A program made the position numbers and the translations under genes. A stretch of 64,000 nt of DNA from Eledone cirrhosa (lineage: Eukaryota), in the NCBI GenBank assembly GCA_964016885.1, contig OZ024746.1:2232001-2296000 (forward strand). The letters run 5' to 3'. Under the pieces are notes generated by a model, which did not search any database, was not told the DNA's origin, and saw only the letters and a list, made by a program, of their open reading frames with translations. Positions 54,633 to 64,000 of this stretch are shown piece by piece; the first letter of the stretch is position 1, and the number at the start of each line of letters is the position of its first letter.

Positions 54633-55282
54633 GGTAGATTTACAATGTCTATATCCTTCCCAGCACTTTATCTACCTAGTTTATGATCTTTAGTTGATAT
54701 CTTCAATATCAAGTGAGGGCCATAAGTAAAATCCTATACTATATACAGATGTTGTTGTTTAGCCTCATGTCAATGCTCCTTGAGCTGACTTATCATCTAG
54801 CATTCTAGGGACCATCCTGTTTTTATTTTCAGGCACTACATTGTACAATCTGTCCTTTATTGCTTTTAAAGGTGGTGGGGTGTAACTTGAAGGAGATTTG
54901 GTTGCTATTTCTAGCAGATCGAGTGACTGCATTGCAACCTCGTCAGTTTATGCTATAGACAGCTGTATGCTTATGATAAGTCAATTTGTAATGGAGCCAA
55001 CTCTTTGAAGAGCTGCAATAAAATTTGTGCCAATTTTTCTATCTTTTGAAACTCTGTGACTGAATTTAACTGACCATGAAAATACCACTTTATGCTTCCA
55101 AGGGTCATTAATTTATTTGGAAAAGTGAAAAGTCAAGGTGTATTTATGCATTAATATGATTCTGTTAGTGAGAAAATGGACAAAGAACAAAACAAAAGAG
55201 ATATCACTAGAGTACCATTAAGTCATTAAAATACCTGGTGGTTCATACACTACCATATTAGTCACTGTAGTGTTTCAATGGT

Positions 55283-55402
55283 TCAGTCCACTTGGTTACC
55301 AATAGGTACCACAGCATATGAACAATTCACTATTGTAGGTAGTGGCAATGATGTAAAACTGACAGGTGTTTCATCAACCTGCCGTGTTGAGCTCAACTGA
55401 TT
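55283..55402 (-). CDS. Possible terminal exon of an unidentified minus-strand gene
   Basis: Strong acceptor tcttctcaccttctctatgtctgcag, then NQLSSTRQVDETPVSFTSLPLPTIVNCSYAVVPIGNQVD*. No homology recognised and no upstream exon found. Confidence 0.2.
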   Translation of the reverse strand, partial: NQLSSTRQVDETPVSFTSLPLPTIVNCSYAVVPIGNQVD

Positions 55403-56094
55403 CTGCAGACATAGAGAAGGTGAGAAGAGAATTGAGCAAGAACTATTAAACAATAGTCTTTCACTCATCCTCCTCCTCCTTCCATCATCACCACCAACAT
55501 AAATAATGTATAATATTCAGTAGATAGTATAAGGTGAGGAAGTATTGCCATAAATGACATTGTGACATGGCCAAGATATTAAGATAACAATGATCACATT
55601 TCCTTTATTTAACTGGAAGTTCAACATTGTAAGCAGTGGAAGAACTGTGGAATTGGAGAGTGTTCTATTAGTTTGCAGAAGGAAAAGTTACTTGCAATAG
55701 ACCAGTGTCATCTACAGGGAAAGGTGCATCTCTCATCAGTTTAATGGTTTGGAAGCCTGAGATAAACTTACAAATACGGGTTCTTGTGAGTTAAAATAAA
55801 ATAGAATTAGAAAATATGATGATTGCATTGAATTTCTGATGATTAAAGCCAGAAAAGCAAGAAACTTGTTTCTTATTTGAAGGAATTATACTGTTATCAA
55901 GTCTTCCAGAAATCTGTTATAATTGTATTACTGATGAAACAGAAATGATTAAATAAAATCAGAAATGTTCACCCAGAGCTTATTATATATAAGCTATCTT
56001 CAAGGATACTTCATAATAACAAAAACACTATTTCTGCATTTTAGAGTTGTGGATTTCTAGATTTCCAGTTAATTGAACATTTTCAAAGTACAGG

Positions 56095-56412
56095 TATCAA
56101 ATGAGTGAGTAGCTTGGAGATGAGAGAGTCACACCAGATAGAGCTGCTACTTCTCTGAATTGAGAGATCATAGCTCCGATATTACAAACATGTGGTTAGA
56201 ATGTCTCAGGAAAGAATCGCTGGACAGATTTTATAGGCAAAACCAACTGGCAAGAGAGCCAAGGGTAGACCCTGAGAAAGATGGTTGGATAACATCTGTG
56301 AGCTTGGCTGGTCTCTCTTGGAGATCCAGCCGGATCAGTTGCTTCTGACAGGACCTGCTGGACGGAGTGTTTGAGGACTTTTCCCCTCCCATGGCCTTCC
56401 CAGAAGAAGAAG
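56095..56412 (+). mobile_element. 3' end of a second, older RTE-type LINE
   Basis: HVVRMSQERIAGQIL*AKPTGKRAKGRP*ERWLDNI; ends in (gaa)n. Confidence 0.7.
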
Positions 56413-56836
56413 CTATCAAATGGTATATAATATCTATCAACACTTGAATACATATAACTGTCTCTCTTTAACTGAACAGGTTTCACAAATACCTCCTTTC
56501 AAATTTAGTTCAATCAATAAATTACTCACAGCTAAACTGAAAAACTGCAACAAATAAAATACTAAAATAATTAAAACAATATTGATATTGTTACTATTTG
56601 AATACAGAGGTCATAGATTGAAGTAATACTTATTTAGATGAAATAAAACCAAGTTTAATAGAGAAAAAAAAAAAAAATGTATTGTTACAATATCTTAGAA
56701 TTTTATTTCAGAATTTCTATATCATTCTCACCTCTACAATATTTTCTGGGGTTGTAAGTAATGTCTCTGTATCTAGAAAATAAGTGGAAAATATCATTAG
56801 CAATACATGTCAACATTTTCTGGTTAGGCATTTTTG

Positions 56837-57084
<248 letters not shown>

Positions 57085-57418
57085 GGAGGTACATGGCTTA
57101 GTGGTTAGAGCATTGGCCTTGCAATCGAAAGGTTGTGAGTTCAATTCTTGGACCAGGTGATGTGTTGTTTCCTTGAGCAAGACACTTTATTTCACATTGC
57201 TCCAGTTTACTCAGCTGTAGAAATGAGATGATAGGACTGGGGTCCATTGTAAAGTGGTCGTGGAGGTGCCACGGAAAAAAAAAAAAGCACCCACCACTCA
57301 CTGTAAATGAGGTTGGTGTTAGGAAGGGCATCCAGCTGTAGAAATCAAGCCAGAATCAGTTCCCGTCCCACCCTTGCAAGCAGGGAAAAAGCGGACATAA
57401 AATGAAATGATGAAATGA
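57085..57418 (+). mobile_element. CORE SINE family B ending in the 3' terminus of the 1719-4930 RTE family
   Basis: Head and CORE as at 13925. The end cccgtcccacccttgcaagcagggaaaaagcggacataaaatga matches the reverse complement of 1730-1773. Confidence 0.85.
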
Positions 57419-57433
57419 TATATAATATAGATA

Positions 57434-57818
57434 TATTATAAAATAACAGGAGGCTGGACTGGTGTAATTCCTTAAAAGGTTTATTATGGTATGGTCATTT
57501 CAATGACCGGGTTCAGTATGAATCTGGTGACATCATCAGGTATTCGAAATATAACAAAGGAATATAATAGACAAAATCCATGGAGCTGAAAATCAGAGAC
57601 ATGAGGGCGACTGACCGGAGTAGAAGCTGCTAAATGTTCGGTCGCCCTCATGTCTCTGATTTTCAGCTCCATGGATTTTGTCTATTATATACCTTTGTTA
57701 TATTTCGAATACCTGATGATGTCACCGGATTCATACTGAACCCAGTCATTGAAATGATCATAGTATAATAAACCTTTTAAGGAATTACACCAGTCCAGCC
57801 TCCTGTTATTTTATAATA
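57434..57818. mobile_element. ~180-bp-arm near-perfect fold-back, Penelope-like pLTR remnant with hammerhead motifs
   Basis: Arms 57434-57614 and 57638-57818. On the + arm: ATAC CTGATGA (57713) ... GAAATGATCATA GTAT, then AATAAA. Confidence 0.75.
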
Positions 57819-58126
57819 ATTAACTCCGTACTCGTACCACCAACTACACAAACGAAGACGGGTGAGTTCATTACATCGAGTGCTCTCCATAATATTACAT
57901 CGAGGTTGACCATACGGAATGACCAGTTCTATCTAGTTGTAAACCAACAAAACTAAATATATATATATATATATAAACAATGAGTTATATGTTTGTTGAT
58001 TATTCAACAAAGTTAATTTTACAACAGGTTAGAAGCACTCAACGAAATTTATCCGGAGTATCATTAATATCAATAATATTAATAAGTGGAAAATGTCTTC
58101 ATAAAACCATATTTATTTCATTATAA

Positions 58127-59570
58127 ATATAATGGCTATATGATGGCTGGTTTCTCCAGAAACAATATAATGGCTAGATGATGGCTGGTTTCTCCAGAAA
58201 CGATATAATGGCTAGATGATGGCTGGTTTCTCCAGAAACAATATAATGGCTAGATGATGGCTGGTTTCTCCAGAAACAATATAATGGCTAGATGATGGCT
58301 GGTTTCTCCAGAAACGATATAATGGCTAGATGATGGCTGGTTTCTCCAGAAACGATATAATGGCTAGATGATGGCTGGTTTCTCCAGAAACAATATAATG
58401 GCTAGATGATGGCTGGTTTCTCCAGAAACGATATAATGGCTAGATGATGGCTGGTTTCTCCAGAAACGATATAATGGCTAGATGATGGCTGGTTTCTCCA
58501 GAAACAATATAATGGCTAGATGATGGCTGGTTTCTCCAGAAACGATATAATGGCTAGATGATGGCTGGTTTCTCCAGAAACAATATAATGGCTAGATGAT
58601 GGCTGGTTTCTCCAGAAACAATATAATGGCTAGATGATGGCTGGTTTCTCCAGAAACGATATAATGGCTAGATGATGGCTGGTTTCTCCAGAAACGATAT
58701 AATGGCTAGATGATGGCTGGTTTCTCCAGAAACAATATAATGGCTAGATGATGGCTGGTTTCTCCAGAAACGATATAATGGCTAGATGATGGCTGGTTTC
58801 TCCAGAAACGATATAATGGCTAGATGATGGCTGGTTTCTCCAGAAACAATATAATGGCTAGATGATGGCTGGTTTCTCCAGAAACGATATAATGGCTAGA
58901 TGATGGCTGGTTTCTCCAGAAACGATATAATGGCTAGATGATGGCTGGTTTCTCCAGAAACGATATAATGGCTAGATGATGGCTGGTTTCTCCAGAAACA
59001 ATATAATGGCTAGATGATGGCTGGTTTCTCCAGAAACGATATAATGGCTAGATGATGGCTGGTTTCTCCAGAAACGATATAATGGCTAGATGATGGCTGG
59101 TTTCTCCAGAAACGATATAATGGCTAGATGATGGCTGGTTTCTCCAGAAACGATATAATGGCTAGATGATGGCTGGTTTCTCCAGAAACAATATAATGGC
59201 TAGATGATGGCTGGTTTCTCCAGAAACGATATAATGGCTAGATGATGGCTGGTTTCTCCAGAAACGATATAATGGCTAGATGATGGCTGGTTTCTCCAGA
59301 AACGATATAATGGCTAGATGATGGCTGGTTTCTCCAGAAACAATATAATGGCTAGATGATGGCTGGTTTCTCCAGAAACAATATAATGGCTAGATGATGG
59401 CTGGTTTCTCCAGAAACGATATAATGGCTAGATGATGGCTGGTTTCTCCAGAAACAATATAATGGCTAGATGATGGCTGGTTTCTCCAGAAACGATATAA
59501 TGGCTAGATGATGGCTGATTTCTCCAGAAACAATATAATGGCTAGATGATGGCTGGTTTCTCCAGAAACA
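58127..59570. repeat. 38-bp minisatellite, ~38 units (atataatggctagatgatggctggtttctccagaaac[a/g])
   Basis: tgatggctgg at 58141 and 58179; one dimorphic site. Confidence 0.97.
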
Positions 59571-59661
59571 AAGAAATTGAGGAAAATAATTCTTGAGAAT
59601 TATTTTCTAATATCTTACATTTTCTTGATTCCTTGTCAATATAATTATTGTGTATCATATT

Positions 59662-59890
59662 TTAACCCTTTAGCATTTAAACTGGCCATATCTGGCCAGA
59701 ATTCTCTCACCTCTTTCTGTTCAAACCAGCTATAACTGGCTGCTCATGCTTATGTTAAGGTATTGTTCTTAAAATAAATAATATCAAGATATAGCAGATT
59801 CGATATTATGTGGGATAATTATGTGAAATAAAGTGTCTTCTATGAAAATACAATAGTTAATATAGAGTAATGCAAATGCTAAAGGGTTAA
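59662..59890. mobile_element. piggyBac-type MITE, second copy
   Basis: ttaaccctttagcattt ... aaatgctaaagggttaa; body matches 41038-41266. Confidence 0.82.
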
Positions 59891-59896
59891 TGTCTA

Positions 59897-60686
59897 GTGG
59901 TGGTGGTAGTAGTGGTGGTAGTGGTGGTGGTGGCGGTGGTGGTAGTAGCTACAGTGGTGGTGGTGGTAGTGGCTACAGTGGTGGTGGTGGTAGTGGTGGT
60001 GGTAGTGGTGGTAGTGGTGGTAGTGGTGGTAGCTACAGTGATGGTGGTGGTGGTAGTGGTGGTAGTGGTGGTGGTGGTGGTGGTAGCTACAGTGATGGTG
60101 GTGGTGGTAGTGGTGGTAGTAGCTACAGTGGTGGTGGTAGTGGTGGTGGTGGTGGTGGTAGTGGTGGTGGTGGTGGTAGTGGTGGTAGTAGCTACAGTGG
60201 TGGTGGTAGTGGTGGTGGTGGTGGTGGTAGTGGTGGTGGTGGTGGTAGTGGTTGTAGATACAGTGATAGTTGGGGTGGTGGTAGCAGGAGTGATAGTTGG
60301 GGTGGTGGTGGTGGTAGTAGCTACAAATGATAGTGGTGGTAGTAGCAGGTGGTGGCAGTGGTGGCAGTAGTAGCTGTAGTAGTAGTGGTGGCAGTAGTAG
60401 TGGTAGTAGCTGTAGTGGTAGTTGTGGTGGTAGTTGTAGTAGTAGTGGAGGCAGTAGTAGTGGTAGTAGCTGTAGTGGTAGTTGTGGTAGTAGCAGTGGT
60501 GGCAGTAGCAGTGGTGGTTGCTGTGGTGGTAGTAGTGGTGGCAGTAGTAGCTGTAGTGGTAGTTGTGGTGGTAGTAGTGGTGGCAGTAGTAGCTGTAGTG
60601 GTAGTAGTGGTGGCAGTAGTGGTAGTAGTGGTAGTAGCGGTGGCAGTAGTAGCTGTAGTGGTAGTTGTGGTGGTAGTAGTGGTGGC
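59897..60686. repeat. (GGT/AGT)n compound trinucleotide repeat
   Basis: Direct inspection. Confidence 0.93.
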
Positions 60687-60837
60687 ATTATTTCACAGGC
60701 TGCCACATTGGTAACACAAACCAAAGTTAGTGAGATCCATTAAAAAAGTTCTAATATTTTCCTCTTTCTCAAAAGAGGAAAAAAACTAACAAAAACATTT
60801 TCAGTTTTAAATCTGATTCGAAAGAACATAGAAATAA

Positions 60838-61795
60838 TGTATAGAATGGGTTGTAAATAGATTGACGGTATAGAGTGGGTTGTAAATAGATTGACGGTAT
60901 AGAGTGGGTTGTAAATAGATTGACGGTATAGAGTGGGTTGTAAATAGATTGACGGTATAGAGTGGCTTGTAAATAGATTGATGGTATAGAATGGGTTGTA
61001 AATAGATTGACGGTATAGAATGGGGTGTAAATAGATTGACGGTATAGAGTGGCTTGTAAATAGATTGACGGTATAGAATGGGTTGTAAATAGATTGACGG
61101 TATAGAGTGGGTTGTAAATAGATTGACAGTATAGAGTGGGTTATAAATATATAGATTGACGGTATAGAGTGGGTTGTAAATAGATTGACGGTATAGAGTG
61201 GGTTATAAATATATAGATTGACGGTATAGAGTGGGTTGTAAATAGATTGACAGTATAGAGTGGGTTATAAATATATAGATTGACGGTATAGAGTGGGTTG
61301 TAAATAGATTGACGGTATAGAGTGGGTTGCAAATATATAGATTGACGGTATAGAGTGGGTTGCAAATATATAGATTGACGGTATAGAGTGGGTTGTAAAT
61401 ATATAGACTGACGGTATAGAGTGGCTTGTAAATAGACTGACAGTATAGAGTGGCTTGTAAATAGATTGACGGTATAGAGTGGGTTGTAAATAGATTGGCG
61501 GTATAGAGTGGGTTGTAAATAGATTGACGGTATAGAGTGGGTTGTAAATAGATAGATTGACGGTATAGAGTGGGTTGTAAATAAATAGATTGACGGTATA
61601 GAGTAGGTTGGAAATAGATTGACGGTATAGAGTGGGTTGGAAATAGATTGACGGTATAGAGTGGGTTGTAAATAGATAGATTGACGGTATAGAGTAGGTT
61701 GGAAATAGATTGACGGTATAGAGTGGGTTGGAAATAGATTGACGGTATAGAGTGGGTTAGAAATAGATTGACGGTATAGAGTGGGTTGTAAATAG
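60838..61795. repeat. 29/33-bp minisatellite (gtatagagtgggttgtaaatagattgacg)
   Basis: Period of 29 visible at 60848 and 60877. Confidence 0.95.
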
Positions 61796-62187
61796 AAGTG
61801 GAACTATATGCTGTAAAAGTACAGAAAATAATGTTAGAATATGGTGGCATTTACAGCAAGATGGAGGTTTTACCCTGAAGTGAGTGGATTGAGTTGACTA
61901 GAATATATTTATTGCCATTTGTGGTGTGCTGCTAGTTTCTTAGACCCATAAATATTTAATTTAGGCATAGCGGAACCATTAAAGATACAAAGGTTATGTA
62001 GTAATTCAAGGGAGGTGTAAACTCCAGAGATATAAGAGGGCTTGAGTTTAGAACTGGCAACTAATGAAACATTTATCAATTTTCTAATACTGATGTTACT
62101 TAATGTGTCAAATTATGTTACATTGTTATTTCTATATATTGTTGAATAGACTGAGCTGTTGAGAGTTAAGTGTCATAGCTATAGGCT

Positions 62188-64000
62188 GGCTGTGGTGCTG
62201 GTAGCAAGAGGTTGTGGTGCTGGTAGCAAGAGGTTGTGGTGCTGGTAACAAGAGGTTGTGGTGCTGGTAGCAAGAGGTTGTGGTGCTGGTAGCAAGAGGT
62301 TGTGGTGCTGGTAGCAAGAGGTTGTGGTGCTGGTAGCAAGAGGTTGTGGTGCTGGTAACAAGAGGTTGTGGTGCTGGTAACAAGAGGTTGTGGTGCTGGT
62401 AGCAAGAGGTTGTGGTGCTGGTAGCAAGAGGTTGTGGTGCTGGTAGCAAGAGGTTGTGGTGCTGGTAACAAGAGGTTGTGGTGCTGGTAGTAAGAGGTTG
62501 TGGTGCTGGTAGCAAGAGGTTGTGGTGCTGGTAACAAGAGGTTGTGGTGCTGGTAACAAGAGGTTGTGGTGCTGGTAATAAGAGGTTGTGGTGCTGGTAG
62601 TAAGAGGTTGTGGTGCTGGTAGCAAGAGGTTGTGGTGCTGGTAACAAGAGGTTGTGGTGCTGGTAGTAAGAGGTTGTGGTGCTGGTAGTAAGAGGCTGTG
62701 GTGCTGGTAGCAAGAGGTTGTGGTGCTGGTAGCAAGAGGTTGTGGTGCTGGTAACAAGAGGTTGTGGTGCTGGTAGTAAGAGGTTGTGGTGCTGGTAGTA
62801 AGAGGTTGTGGTGCTGGTAGCAAGAGGTTGTGGTGCTGGTAACAAGAGGTTGTGGTGCTGGTAGTAAGAGGTTGTGGTGCTGGTAACAAGAGGTTGTGGT
62901 GCTGGTAACAAGAGGTTGTGGTGCTGGTAACAAGAGGTTGTGGTGCTGGTAACAAGAGGTTGTGGTGCTGGTAACAAGAGGTTGTGGTGCTGGTAGCAAG
63001 AGGTTGTGGTGCTGGTAACAAGAGGTTGTGGTGCTGGTAGTAAGAGGTTGTGGTGCTGGTAACAAGAGGTTGTGGTGCTGGTAACAAGAGGTTGTGGTGC
63101 TGGTAACAAGAGGTTGTGGTGCTGGTAGCAAGAGATTGTGGTGCTGGTAACAAAAGGTTGTGGTGCTGGTAGTAAGAGGTTGTGGTGCTGGTAACAAGAG
63201 GTTGTGGTGCTGGTAGTAAGAGGTTGTGGTGCTGGTAACAAGAGGTTGTGGTGCTGGTAGTAAGAGGTTGTGGTGCTGGTAGCAAGAGGTTGTGGTGCTG
63301 GTAACAAGAGGTTGTGGTGCTGGTAGTAAGAGGTTGTGGTGCTGGTAACAAGAGGTTGTGGTGCTCGTAGTAAGAGGTTGTGGTGCTGGTAGTAAGAGGT
63401 TGTGGTGCTGGTAGCAAGAGGTTGTGGTGGTGGTAACAAGAGGTTGTGGTGCTGGTAACAAGAGGTTGTGGTGCTGGTAGCAAGAGGTTGTGGTGCTGGT
63501 AGCAAGAGGTTGTGGTGCTGGTAGTAAGAGGTTGTGGTGCTGGTAGTAAGAGGTTGTGGTGCTGGTAACAAGAGGTTGTGGTGCTGGTAGTAAGAGGTTG
63601 TGGTGCTGGTAGTAAGAGGTTGTGGTGCTGGTAGTAAGAGGTTGTGGTGCTGGTAACAAGAGGTTGTGGTGCTGGTAACAAGAGGTTGTGGTGCTGGTAA
63701 CAAGAGGTTGTGGTGCTGGTAACAAGAGGTTGTGGTGCTGGTAGCAAGAGGTTGTGGTGCTGGTAACAAGAGGTTGTGGTGCTGGTAGCAAGAGGTTGTG
63801 GTGCTGGTAACAAGAGGTTGTGGTGCTGGTACCAAGAGGTTGTGGTGCTGGTAACAAGAGGTTGTAGTGCTGGTAGCAAGAGGTTGTGGTGCTGGTAGCA
63901 AGAGGTTGTGGTGCTGGTAGTAAGAGGTTGTGGTGCTGGTAGTAAGAGGTTGTGGTGCTGGTAGTAAGAGGTTGTGGTGCTGGTAGTAAGAGGTTGTGGT
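62188..64000. repeat. 22-bp minisatellite (gaggttgtggtgctggta[g/a][c/t]aa) running off the window end
   Basis: The 22-aa ORF period equals 3 x 22 nt. Confidence 0.97.

Noticed and set aside
58127-59570. 38-bp repeat with internal palindrome as a CRISPR array
   Set aside because: No spacers; it is a simple tandem minisatellite.
59890-60743. Gly/Ser-rich structural protein ORFs
   Set aside because: Trinucleotide repeat open in most frames; the ATG comes from the MITE edge; no signal peptide or splice support.
62132-63901. Mucin-like ORFs on the minus strand (also 43096-44469 and 61203-61850)
   Set aside because: Unit lengths are mostly not multiples of three and multiple frames give the same peptide, which marks non-coding minisatellites.

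Overview
AT-rich, repeat-dense animal genomic DNA. The RTE LINEs, CORE- and Meta-type SINEs, mariner and (TA)n content suggest an octopus or other coleoid cephalopod (inference). Three spliced host genes, largely missed by the ORF track, can be rebuilt by hand. (1) The last two exons of an ankyrin-repeat gene (+, 10-1055). (2) A complete 11-exon NPRL2 (GATOR1 subunit; -, 22849-8358, 382 aa). (3) A 3-coding-exon CYB561D2-type cytochrome b561 (+, 26627-45304) lying head-to-head with NPRL2, the same divergent pair as at human 3p21.3. The rest is decayed RTE LINEs with a PHD-type zinc finger inside the RT region, SINEs with swapped 3' tails, mariner and piggyBac-type MITEs, a CRE-like endonuclease remnant, and many micro- and minisatellites. 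All long low-complexity ORFs are repeat artefacts. The most unusual signals are a set of type I hammerhead ribozyme motifs in short (TA)n-associated Penelope-like elements (one well formed and in sense inside CYB561D2 intron 1, two pairs forming 300-400 bp fold-backs) and a possible ACG non-AUG start for CYB561D2.
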